Shown: in pieces, positions 1 to 12,470 of the stretch | Layout of the letters: the number at the start of each line of letters is the position of its first letter | Numbering within the stretch: the stretch's first letter is position 1 | Origin: Eledone cirrhosa | Taxonomy: Eukaryota | NCBI GenBank assembly: GCA_964016885.1 | Contig: OZ024758.1 | Span: 35,216,001 to 35,280,000 of the forward strand | Direction: 5' to 3' | DNA length: 64,000 nucleotides | Notes under the pieces: model-generated | Told to the model about the DNA's origin: nothing | The model's input: the letters and a program-made list of their open reading frames with translations, nothing else | Database searches by the model: none | Position numbers and translations under genes: made by a program

Positions 1-1315
1 GGTTCTAGCTGTCAGAAGTAACTCCACTGTTGGTGAGAATTCATTTAAGTTCATGGTATTAGCTGTCAGAAGTAACTCCACTGTTGGTGAGAGTTCATTT
101 AAGTCATGGTATTAGCTGTCAGAAGTAACTCCATTGTTGGTGAGAATTCATTTAAGTCATGGTACTAGCTGTCAGAAGTAACTCCACTGTTGGTGAGAAT
201 TCATTTAAGTTCATGGTATTAGCTGTCAGAAGGAACTCCACTGTTGGTGAGAATACATTTAAGTTCATGGTACTAGCTGTCAGAAGTAACTCCACTGTTG
301 GTGAGAATTCATTTAAGTTCATGGTATTAGTTTGTCAGAAGTAACTCCACTGTTGGTGAGAATTCATTTAATTCATGGTATTAGTTGTCAGAAGTAACTC
401 CAATGTTGGTGAGAATTCATTTAAGTCATGGTACTAGCTGTCAGAAGTAACTCCAATGTTGGTGAGAATTCATTTAAGTTCATGGTATTAGCTGTCAGAA
501 GTAACTCCACTGTTGGTGAGAATTCATTTAAGTTCATCGTATTAGTTTGTCAGAAGTAACTCCACTGTTGGTGAAAATTCATTTAAGTCATGGTATTAGT
601 TGTCAGAAGTTTACTCCAATGTTGGTGAGAATTCATTTAAGTTCATGGTACTAGCTGTCAGAAGTAACTCCACTGTTGGTGAGAATTCATTTAAGTTCAT
701 GGTATTAGCTGTCAGAAGTAACTCCACTGTTTGTGAGAATTCATTTAAGTTCATGGTACTAGCTGTCAGAAGTCACTCCAATGTTGGTGAGAATTCATTT
801 AAGTTCATGGTATTAGCTGTCAGAAGGAACTCCACTGTTGGTGAGAATTCATTTAAGTTCATGGTATTAGCTCTCAGAAGTAACTCCACTGTTGGTGAGA
901 ATTCATTTAAGTTCATGGTATTAGTTGTCAGAAGTAACTCCACTGTTGGTGAGAATTCATTTAAGTCATGGTATTTGTTGTCAGAAGTAACTCCAATGTT
1001 GGTGAGAATTCATTTAAGTTCATGGTTCTAGCTGTCAGAAGTAACTCCACTGTTGGTGAGAATTCATTTAAGTTCATGGTATTAGCTGTCAGAAGTAACT
1101 CCACTGTTGGTGAGAGTTCATTTAAGTCATGGTATTAGCTGTCAGAAGTAACTCCATTGTTGGTGAGAATTCATTTAAGTCATGGTACTAGCTGTCAGAA
1201 GTAACTCCACTGTTGGTGAGAATTCATTTAAGTTCATGGTATTAGCTGTCAGAAGGAACTCCACTGTTGGTGAGAATACATTTAAGTTCATGGTACTAGC
1301 TGTCAGAAGTAACTC
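1..1315. repeat. Block duplicated at ~5491-6805 (offset 5490 bp)
   Basis: ORF pairs 159/5649 and 600/6090. Shared rare variants GTGAAAATTC (571/6061), TTGTGAG (731/6221) and CTCTCAG (871/6361). Confidence 0.9.
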
Positions 1316-3092
1316 CACTGTTGGTGAGAATTCATTTAAGTTCATGGTATTAGTTTGTCAGAAGTAACTCCACTGTTGGTGAGAATTCATTTAATTCATG
1401 GTATTAGTTGTCAGAAGTAACTCCAATGTTGGTGAGAATTCATTTAAGTCATGGTACTAGCTGTCAGAAGTAACTCCAATGTTGGTGAGAATTCATTTAA
1501 GTTCATGGTATTAGCTGTCAGAAGGAACTCCACTGTTGGTGAGAATTCATTTAAGTTCATGGTATTAGCTGTCAGAAGTAACTCCACTGTTGGTGAGAAT
1601 TCATTTAAGTTCATGGTACTAGTTGTCAGAAGTAACTCCACTGTTGGTGAGAATTCATTTAAGTTCATGGTATTAGTTGTCAAAAGTAACTCCACTGTTG
1701 GTGAGAATTCATTTAAGTCATGGTATTTGTTGTCAGAAGTAACTCCAATGTTGGTGAGAATTCATTTAAGTTCATGGTTCTAGCTGTCAGAAGTAACTCC
1801 ACTGTTGGTGAGAATTCATTTAAGTTCATGGTATTAGCTGTCAGAAGTAACTCCACTGTTGGTGAGAGTTCATTTAAGTCATGGTATTAGCTGTCAGAAG
1901 TAATTCCATTGTTGGTGAGAATTCATTTAAGTCATGGTACTAGCTGTCAGAAGTAACTCCACTGTTGGTGAGAATTCATTTAAGTTCATGGTATTAGCTG
2001 TCAGAAGGAACTCCACTGTTGGTGAGAATACATTTAAGTTCATGGTACTAGCTGTCAGAAGTAACTCCACTGTTGGTGAGAATTCATTTAAGTTCATGGT
2101 ATTAGTTTGTCAGAAGTAACTCCACTGTTGGTGAGAATTCATTTAATTCATGGTATTAGTTGTCAGAAGTAACTCCAATGTTGGTGAGAATTCATTTAAG
2201 TCATGGTACTAGCTGTCAGAAGTAACTCCAATGTTGGTGAGAATTCATTTAAGTTCATGGTATTAGCTGTCAGAAGGAACTCCACTGTTGGTGAGAATTC
2301 ATTTAAGTTCATGGTATTAGCTGTCAGAAGTAACTCCACTGTTGGCGAGAATTCATTTAAGTTCATGGTACTAGCTGTCAGAAGTAACTCCAATGTTGGT
2401 GAGAATTCATTTAAGTTCATGGTATTAGCTGTCAGAAGTAACTCCACTGTTGGTGAGAATTCATTTAAGTCATGGTATTAGCTGTCAGAAGTAACTCCAA
2501 TGTTGGTGAGAATTCATTTAAGTTCATGGTACTAGCTGTCAGAAGTAACTCCACTGTTGGTGAGAATTCATTTAAGTTCATGGTATTAGTTTGTCAGAAG
2601 TAACTCCACTGTTGGTGAGAATTCATTTAAGTCATGGTATTAGTTGTCAGAAGTTTACTCCAATGTTGGTGAGAATTCATTTAAGTTCATGGTACTAGCT
2701 GTCAGAAGTAACTCCACTGTTGGTGAGAATTCATTTAAGTTCATGGTATTAGCTGTCAGAAGTAACTCCACTGTTGGTGAGAATTCATTTAAGTTCATGG
2801 TACTAGCTGTCAGAAGTAACTCCAATGTTGGTGAGAATTCATTTAAGTTCATGGTATTAGCTGTCAGAAGGAACTCCACCGTTGGTGAGAATTCATTTAA
2901 GTTCATGGTATTAGCTCTCAGAAGTAACTCCACTGTTGGTGAGAATTCATTTAAGTTCATGGTACTAGTTGTCAGAAGTAACTCCACTGTTGGTGAGAAT
3001 TCATTTAAGTTCATGGTACTAGCTGTCAGAAGTAACTCCACTGTTGGTGAGAATTCATTTAAGTTCATGGTATTAGTTTGTCAGAAGTAACT

Positions 3093-5265
3093 CCACTGTT
3101 GGTGAGAATTCATTTAATTCATGGTATTAGTTGTCAGAAGTAACTCCAATGTTGGTGAGAATTCATTTAAGTCATGGTACTAGCTGTCAGAAGTAACTCC
3201 AATGTTGGTGAGAATTCATTTAAGTTCATGGTATTAGCTGTCAGAAGGAACTCCACTGTTGGTGAGAATTCATTTAAGTTCATGGTATTAGCTGTCAGAA
3301 GTAACTCCACTGTTGGTGAGAATTCATTTAAGTTCATGGTACTGGCTGTCAGAAGTAACTCCAATGTTGGTGAGAATTCATTTAAGTTCATGGTATTAGC
3401 TGTCAGAAGTAACTCCACTGTTGGTGAGAATTCATTTAAGTCATGGTATTAGCTGTCAGAAGTAACTCCAATGTTGGTGAGAATTCATTTAAGTTCATGG
3501 TATTAGCTGTCAGAAGTAACTCCACTGTTGGTGAGAATTCATTTAAGTTCATGGTACTAGCTGTCAGAAGTAACTCCACTGTTGGTGAGAATTCATTTAA
3601 GTTCATGGTATTAGTTTGTCAGAAGTAACTCCACTGTTGGTGAGAATTCATTTAAGTCATGGTATTAGTTGTCAGAAGTTTACTCCAATGTTGGTGAGAA
3701 TTCATTTAATTTCATGGTACTAGCTGTCAGAAGTAACTCCACTGTTGGTGAGAATTCATTTAAGTTCATGGTATTAGCTGTCAGAAGTAACTCCACTGTT
3801 GGTGAGAATTCATTTAAGTTCATGGTATTAGTTGTCAGAAGTAACTCCACTGTTGGTGAGAATTCATTTAAGTCATGGTATTAGTTGTCAGAAGTAACTC
3901 CAATGTTGGTGAGAATTCATTTAAGTTCATGGTATTAGCTGTCAGAAGTAACTCCACTGTTGGTGAGAATTCATTTAAGTTCATGGTATTAGCTGTCAGA
4001 AGTAACTCCACTGTTGGTGAGAATTCATTTAAGTTCATGGTATTAGCTGTCAGAAGGAACTCCAATGTTGGTGAGAATTCATTTAAGTCATGGTACTAGC
4101 TGTCAGAAGTAACTCCACTGTTGGTGAGAATTCATTTAAGTTCATGGTATTAGCTGTCAGAAGGAACGCCACTGTTGGTGAGAATTCATTTAATTCATGG
4201 TATTAGTTGTCAGAAGTAACTCCAATGTTGGTGAGAATTCATTTAAGTCATGGTACTAGCTGTCAGAAGTAACTCCAATGTTGGTGAGAATTCATTTAAG
4301 TTCATGGTATTAGCTGTCAGAAGGAACTCCACTGTTGGTGAGAATTCATTTAAGTTCATGGTATTAGCTGTCAGAAGTAACTCCACTGTTGGTGAGAATT
4401 CATTTAAGTTCATGGTACTGGCTGTCAGAAGTAACTCCAATGTTGGTGAGAATTCATTTAAGTTCATGGTATTAGCTGTCAGAAGTAACTCCACTGTTGG
4501 TGAGAATTCATTTAAGTCATGGTATTAGCTGTCAGAAGTAACTCCAATGTTGGTGAGAATTCATTTAAGTTCATGGTATTAGCTGTCAGAAGTAACTCCA
4601 CTGTTGGTGAGAATTCATTTAAGTTCATGGTACTAGCTGTCAGAAGTAACTCCACTGTTGGTGAGAATTCATTTAAGTTCATGGTATTAGTTTGTCAGAA
4701 GTAACTCCACTGTTGGTGAGAATTCATTTAAGTCATGGTATTAGTTGTCAGAAGTTTACTCCAATGTTGGTGAGAATTCATTTAATTTCATGGTACTAGC
4801 TGTCAGAAGTAACTCCACTGTTGGTGAGAATTCATTTAAGTTCATGGTATTAGCTGTCAGAAGTAACTCCACTGTTGGTGAGAATTCATTTAAGTTCATG
4901 GTATTAGTTGTCAGAAGTAACTCCACTGTTGGTGAGAATTCATTTAAGTCATGGTATTAGTTGTCAGAAGTAACTCCAATGTTGGTGAGAATTCATTTAA
5001 GTTCATGGTATTAGCTGTCAGAAGTAACTCCACTGTTGGTGAGAATTCATTTAAGTTCATGGTATTAGCTGTCAGAAGTAACTCCACTGTTGGTGAGAAT
5101 TCATTTAAGTTCATGGTATTAGCTGTCAGAAGGAACTCCAATGTTGGTGAGAATTCATTTAAGTCATGGTACTAGCTGTCAGAAGTAACTCCACTGTTGG
5201 TGAGAATTCATTTAAGTTCATGGTATTAGCTGTCAGAAGGAACGCCACTGTTGGTGAGAATTCAT
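3093..5265. repeat. Tandem duplication of a 1076-bp (20-monomer) unit
   Basis: ORF pairs 3174/4250, 3443/4519, 3669/4745 and 3875/4951 are all offset by 1076. Rare marker ACTGGCTGTC at 3341/4417 and AACGCC at 4165/5241. Confidence 0.93.
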
Positions 5266-8229
5266 TTAAGTTCATGGTATTAGCTGTCAGAGGTAACTCC
5301 ACTGTTGGTGAGAATTCATTTAAGTTCATGGTACTAGTTGTCAGAAGTAACTCCACTGTTGGTGAGAATTCATTTAAGTTCATGGTATTAGTTGTCAGAA
5401 GTAACTCCACTGTTGGTGAGAATTCATTTAAGTCATGGTATTTGTTGTCAGAAGTAACTCCAATGTTGGTGAGAATTCATTTAAGTTCATGGTTCTAGCT
5501 GTCAGAAGTAACTCCACTGTTGGTGAGAATTCATTTAAGTTCATGGTATTAGCTGTCAGAAGTAACTCCACTGTTGGTGAGAGTTCATTTAAGTCATGGT
5601 ATTAGCTGTCAGAAGTAACTCCATTGTTGGTGAGAATTCATTTAAGTCATGGTACTAGCTGTCAGAAGTAACTCCACTGTTGGTGAGAATTCATTTAAGT
5701 TCATGGTATTAGCTGTCAGAAGGAACTCCACTGTTGGTGAGAATACATTTAAGTTCATGGTACTAGCTGTCAGAAGTAACTCCACTGTTGGTGAGAATTC
5801 ATTTAAGTTCATGGTATTAGTTTGTCAGAAGTAACTCCACTGTTGGTGAGAATTCATTTAATTCATGGTATTAGTTGTCAGAAGTAACTCCAATGTTGGT
5901 GAGAATTCATTTAAGTCATGGTACTAGCTGTCAGAAGTAACTCCAATGTTGGTGAGAATTCATTTAAGTTCATGGTATTAGCTGTCAGAAGTAACTCCAC
6001 TGTTGGTGAGAATTCATGTAAGTTCATGGTATTAGTTTGTCAGAAGTAACTCCACTGTTGGTGAAAATTCATTTAAGTCATGGTATTAGTTGTCAGAAGT
6101 TTACTCCAATGTTGGTGAGAATTCATTTAAGTTCATGGTACTAGCTGTCAGAAGTAACTCCACTGTTGGTGAGAATTCATTTAAGTTCATGGTATTAGCT
6201 GTCAGAAGTAACTCCACTGTTTGTGAGAATTCATTTAAGTTCATGGTACTAGCTGTCAGAAGTAACTCCAATGTTGGTGAGAATTCATTTAAGTTCATGG
6301 TATTAGCTGTCAGAAGGAACTCCACTGTTGGTGAGAATTCATTTAAGTTCATGGTATTAGCTCTCAGAAGTAACTCCACTGTTGGTGAGAATTCATTTAA
6401 GTTCATGGTATTAGTTGTCAGAAGTAACTCCACTGTTGGTGAGAATTCATTTAAGTCATGGTATTTGTTGTCAGAAGTAACTCAAATGTTGGTGAGAATT
6501 CATTTAAGTTCATGGTTCTAGCTGTCAGAAGTAACTCCACTGTTGGTGAGAATTCATTTAAGTTCATGGTATTAGCTGTCAGAAGTAACTCCACTGTTGG
6601 TGAGAGTTCATTTAAGTCATGGTATTAGCTGTCAGAAGTAACTCCATTGTTGGTGAGAATTCATTTAAGTCATGGTACGAGCTGTCAGAAGTAACTCCAC
6701 TGTTGGTGAGAATTCATTTAAGTTCATGGTATTAGCTGTCAGAAGGAACTCCACTGTTGGTGAGAATACATTTAAGTTCATGGTACTAGCTGTCAGAAGT
6801 AACTCCATTGTTGGTGAGAATTCATTTAAGTCATGGTACTAGCTGTCAGAAGTAACTCCACTGTTGGTGAGAATTCATTTAAGTTCATGGTATTAGCTGT
6901 CAGAAGGAACTCCACTGTTGGTGAGAATTCATTTAAGTTCATGGTATTAGTTTGTCAGAAGTAACTCCACTGTTGGTGAGAATTCATTTAATTCATGGTA
7001 TTAGTTGTCAGAAGTAACTCCAATGTTGGTGAGAATTCATTTAAGTCATGGTACTAGCTGTCAGAAGTAACTCCAATGTTGGTGAGAATTCATTTAAGTT
7101 CATGGTATTAGCTGTCAGAAGGAACTCCACTGTTGGTGAGAATTCATTTAAGTTCATGGTATTAGCTGTCAAAAGTAACTCCACTGTTGGCGAGAATTCA
7201 TTTAAGTTCATGGTACTAGCTGTCAGAAGTAACTCCAATGTTGGTGAGAATTCATTTAAGTTCATGGTATTAGCTGTCAGAAGTAACTCCACTGTTGATG
7301 AGAATTCATTTAAGTCATGGTATTAGCTGTCAGAAGTAACTCCAATGTTGGTGAGAATTCATTTAAGTTCATGGTACTAGCTGTCAGAAGTAACTCCACT
7401 GTTGGTGAGAATTCATTTAAGTTCATGGTATTAGTTTGTCAGAAGTAACTCCACTGTTGGTGAGAATTCATTTAAGTCATGGTATTAGTTGTCAGAAGTT
7501 TACTCCAATGTTGGTGAGAATTCATTTAAGTTCGTGGTACTAGCTGTCAGAAGTAACTCCACTGTTGGTGAGAATTCATTTAAGTTCATGGTATTAGCTG
7601 TCAGAAGTAACTCCACTGTTGGTGAGAATTCATTTAAGTTCATGGTACTAGCTGTCAGAAGTAACTCCAATGTTGGTGAGAATTCATTTAAGTTCATGGT
7701 ATTAGCTGTCAGAAGGAACTCCACTGTTGGTGAGAATTCATTTAAGTTCATGGTATTAGCTGTCAGAAGTAACTCCACTGTTGGTGAGAATTCATTTAAG
7801 TTCATGGTACTAGCCGTCAGAAGTAACTCCACTGTTGGTGAGAATTCAGTTAAGTTCATGGTATTAGTTGTCAGAAGTAACTCCACTGTTGGTGAGAATT
7901 CATTTAAATCATGGTATTAGTTGTCAGAAGTAACTCCAATGTTGGTGAGAATTCATTTAAGTTCATGGTACTAGCTGTCAGAAGTAACTCCACTGTTGGT
8001 GAGAATTCATTTAAGTTCATGGTATTAGCTGTCAGAAGTAACTCCACTGTTGGTGAGAATTCATTTAAGTCATGGTATTAGCTGTCAGAAGTAACTCCAT
8101 TGTTGGTGAGAATTCATTTAAGTCATGGTACTAGCTGTCAGAAGTAACTCCACTGTTGGTGAGAATTCATTTAAGTTCATGGTAATAGCTGTCAGAAGGA
8201 ACTCCACTGTTGGTAAGAATTCATTTAAG

Positions 8230-9110
8230 TTCATGGTATTAGCTGTCAGAAGTAACTCCACTGTTGGTGAGAATTCATTTAAGTTCATGGTACTAGCTGT
8301 CAGAAGTAACTCCACTGTTGGTGAGAATTCATTTAAGTTCATGGTACTAGCTGTGAGAAGTAACTCCACTGTTGGTGAGAATTCATTTAAGTTCATGGTA
8401 CTAGCTGTCAGAAGTAACCCCAATGTTGGTGAGAATTCATTTAAGTTCATGGTATTAGCTGTCAGAAGTCACTCCAATGTTGGTGAGAATTCATTTAAGT
8501 TCATGGTATTAGCTGTGAGAAGTCACTCCACTGTTGGTGAGAATTCATTTAAGTTCATGGTATTAGCTGTCAGAAGTACCTCCACTGTTGGTGAGAATTC
8601 ATTTAAGTTCATGGTATTAGCTGTCAGAAGTAACTCCACTGTTGGTGAGAATTCATTTAAGTTCATGGTATTAGCTGTCAGAAGTAACTCCACTGTTGGT
8701 GAGAATTCATTTAAGTTCATGGTACTAGCTGTCAGAAGTAACTCCACTGTTGGTGAGAATTCATTTAAGTTCATGGTACTAGCTGTCAGAAGTAACTCCA
8801 CTGTTGGTGAGAATTCATTTAAGTTCATGGTACTAGCTGTCAGAAGTAACCCCAATGTTGGTGAGAATTCATTTAAGTTCATGGTATTAGCTGTCAGAAG
8901 TCACTACAATGTTGGTGAGAATTCATTTAAGTTCATGGTATTAGCTGTGAGAAGTCACTCCACTGTTGGTGAGAATTCATTTAAGTTCATGGTATTAGCT
9001 GTCAGAAGTACCTCCACTGTTGGTGAGAATTCATTTAAGTTCATGGTATTAGCTGTCAGAAGTAACTCCACTGTTGGTGAGAATTCATTTAAGTTCATGG
9101 TATTAGCTGT
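8230..9110. repeat. 432-bp (8-monomer) higher-order repeat, two copies; the same doublet recurs at ~12.9-13.7, 14.4-15.2 and 27.6-28.4 kb
   Basis: AACCCCAAT marker pairs 8416/8848, 12991/13423, 14552/14984 and 27743/28175 are each 432 bp apart. Each is followed by the same ordered variants: GTCACT, GTGAGAAGTCAC, AGTACC. Confidence 0.92.
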
Positions 9111-9789
9111 CAGAAGGAACTCCAATGTTGGTGAGAATTCATTTAAGTCATGGTACTAGCTGTCAGAAGTAACTCCACTGTTGGTGAGAATTCATTTAAG
9201 TTCATGGTATTAGCTGTCAGAAGTAACTCCACTGTTGGTGAGAATTCATTTAAGTTCATGGTATTAGTTTGTCAGAAGTAACTCCACTGTTGGTGAGAAT
9301 TCATTTAATTCATGGTATTAGTTGTCAGAAGTAACTCCAATGTTGGTGAGAATTCATTTAAGTCATGGTACTAGCTGTCAGAAGTAACTCCAATGTTGGT
9401 GAGAATTCATTTAAGTTCATGGTATTAGCTGTCAGAAGGAACTCCACTGTTGGCGAGAATTCATTTAAGTTCATGGTACTAGCTGTCAGAAGTAACTCCA
9501 ATGTTGGTGAGAATTCATTTAAGTTCATGGTATTAGCTGTCAGAAGTAACTCCACTGTTGGTGAGAATTCATTTAAGTCATGGTATTAGCTGTCAGAAGT
9601 AACTCCAATGTTGGTGAGAATTCATTTAAGTTCATGGTACTAGCTGTCAGAAGTAACTCCACTGTTGGTGAGAATTCATTTAAGTTCATGGTATTAGTTT
9701 GTCAGAAGTAACTCCACTGTTGGTGAGAATTCATTTAAGTCATGGTATTAGTTGTCAGAAGTTTACTCCAATGTTGGTGAGAATTCATT

Positions 9790-12470
9790 TAAGTCATGGT
9801 ATTAGCTGTCAGAAGTAACTCCATTGTTGGTGAGAATTCATTTAAGTCATGGTACTAGCTGTCAGAAGTAACTCCACTGTTGGTGAGAATTCATTTAAGT
9901 TCATGGTATTAGCTGTCAGAAGGAACTCCACTGTTGGTAAGAATTCATTTAAGTTCATGGTATTAGCTGTCAGAAGTAACTCCACTGTTGGTGAGAATTC
10001 ATTTAAGTTCATGGTACTAGCTGTCAGAAGTAACTCCACTGTTGGTGAGAATTCATTTAAGTTCATGGTACTAGCTGTCGGAAGTAACTCCACTGTTGGT
10101 GAGAATTCATTTAAGTTCATGGTACTAGCTGTCAGAAGTAACCCCAATGTTGGTGAGAATTCATTTAAGTTCATGGTATTAGCTGTCAGAAGTCACTCCA
10201 ATGTTGGTGAGAATTCATTTAAGTTCATGGTATTAGCTGTGAGAAGTCACTCCACTGTTGGTGAGAATTCATTTAAGTTCATGGTATTAGCTGTCAGAAG
10301 TACCTCCACTGTTGGTGAGAATTCATTTAAGTTCATGGTATTAGCTGTCAGAAGTAACTCCACTGTTGGTGAGAATTCATTTAAGTTCATGGTATTAGCT
10401 GTCAGAAGGAACTCCAATGTTGGTGAGAATTCATTTAAGTCATGGTACTAGCTGTCCGAAGTAACTCCACTGTTGGTGAGAATTCATTTAAGTTCATGGT
10501 ATTAGCTGTCAGAAGTAACTCCACTGTTGGTGAGAATTCATTTAAGTTCATGGTACTAGCTGTCAGAAGTAACTCCAATGTTGGTGAGAATTCATTTAAG
10601 TTCATGGTATTAGCTGTCAGAAGGAACTCCACTGTTGGTGAGAATTCATTTAAGTTCATGGTATTAGCTGTCAGAAGTAACTCCACTGTTGGTGAGAATT
10701 CATTTAAGTTCATGGTACTAGTTGTCAGAAGTAACTCCACTGTTGGTGAGAATTCATTTAAGTTCATGTTACTAGCTGTCAGAAGTAACTCCACTGTTGG
10801 TGAGAATTCATTTAAGTTCATGGTATTAGTTTGTCAGAAGTAACTCCACTGTTGGTGAGAATTCATTTAAGTTCATGGTATTAGCTGTCAGAAGTAACTC
10901 CACTGTTGGTGAGAATTCATTTAAGTTCATGGTACTAGCTGTCAGAAGTAACTCCAATGTTGGTGAGAATTCATTTAAGTTCATGGTATTAGCTGTCAGA
11001 AGTAACTCCACTGTTGGTGAGAATTCATTTAAGTCATGGTATTAGCTGTCAGAAGTAACTCCAATGTTGGTGAGAATTCATTTAAGTTCATGGTATTAGC
11101 TGTCAGAAGTAACTCCACTGTTGGTGAGAATTCATTTAAGTTCACGGTACTAGCTGTCAGAAGTAACTCCACTGTTGGTGAGAATTCATTTAAGTTCATG
11201 GTATTAGTTTGTCAGAAGTAACTCCACTGTTGGTGAGAATTCATTTAAGTCGTGGTATTAGTTGTCAGAAGTTTACTCCAATGTTGGTGAGAATTCATTT
11301 AAGTTCATGGTACTAGCTGTCAGAAGTAACTCCACTGTTGGTGAGAATTCATTTAAGTTCATGGTATTAGCTGTCAGAAGTAACTCCACTGTTGCTGAGA
11401 ATTCATTTAAGTCATGGTATTAGCTGTCAGAAGTAACTCCACTGTTGGTGAGAATTCATTTAAGTTCATGGTATTAGCTGTCAGAAGTAACTCCACTGTT
11501 GGTGAGAATTGATTTAAGTTCATGGTACTAGCTGTCAGAAGTAACTCCACTGTTGGTGAGAATTCATTTAAGTTCATGGTACTAGCTGTCAGAAGTAACT
11601 CCACTGTTGGTGAGAATTCAGTTAAGTTCATGGTATTAGTTGTCAGAAGTAACTCCACTGTTGGTGAGAATTCATTTAAATCATGGTATTAGTTGTCAGA
11701 AGTAACTCCAATGTTGGTGAGAATTCATTTAATTTCATGGTACTAGCTGTCAGAAGTAACTCCACTGTTGGTGAGAAATCATTTAAGTCATGGTATTAGT
11801 TGTCAGAAGTAACTCCAATGTTGGTGAGAATTCATTTAAGTTCATGGTACTAGCTGTCAGAAGTAACTCCACTGTTGGTGAGAATTCATTTAAGTTCATG
11901 GTATTAGCTGTCAGAAGTAACTCCACTGTTGGTGAGAATTCATTTAAGACATGGTATTAGTTGTCAGAAGTAACTCCAATGTTGGTGAGAATTCATTTAA
12001 GTTCATGGTACTAGCTGTCAGAAGTAACTCCACTGTTGGTGAGAATTCATTTAAGTTCATGGTATTAGCTGTCAGAAGTAACTCCACTGTTGGTGAGAAT
12101 TCATTTAATCATGGTATTAGCTGTCAGAAGTAACTCCAATGTTGGTGAGAATTCATTTAAGTCTTGGTACTAGCTGTCAGAAGTAACTCCAATGTTGGTG
12201 AGAATTCAGTTAAGTTCATGGTATTAGCTGTCAGAAGGAACTCCACTGTTGGTGAGAATTCATTTAAGTTCATGGTATTAGCTGTCAGAAGTAACTCCAC
12301 TGTTGGTGAGAATTCATTTAAGTTCATGGTACTAGCTGTCAGAAGTAACTCCACTGTTGGTGAGAATTCATTTAAGTTCATGGTACTAGCCGTCAGAAGT
12401 AACTCCACTGTTGGTGAGAATTCAGTTAAGTTCATGGTATTAGTTGTCAGAAGTAACTCCACTGTTGGTG
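9790..12470. repeat. Block duplicated at ~24000-26680 (offset 14212-14213 bp)
   Basis: ORF pairs 9849/24061, 10442/24654, 11036/25248, 11407/25619 and 12164/26377. The rare AAGACATG variant was seen only at ~11947 and ~26158. Confidence 0.88.

Noticed and set aside
8205-8222. Splice-donor-like G/GTGAG in each monomer, with a G/GTAAG variant
   Set aside because: A 6-mer match is expected by chance. There is no polypyrimidine tract or exon structure and no transcript evidence.
8125-9159. Plus-strand repeat ORFs (MVLAVRSNSTVGENSFKF)n, up to 344 aa
   Set aside because: They follow automatically from a 54-bp monomer with one stop-free frame. Frameshifting 53/55-bp monomers occur every few units, TGA and TAG variants occur, and there is no unique N- or C-terminal domain or gene context.
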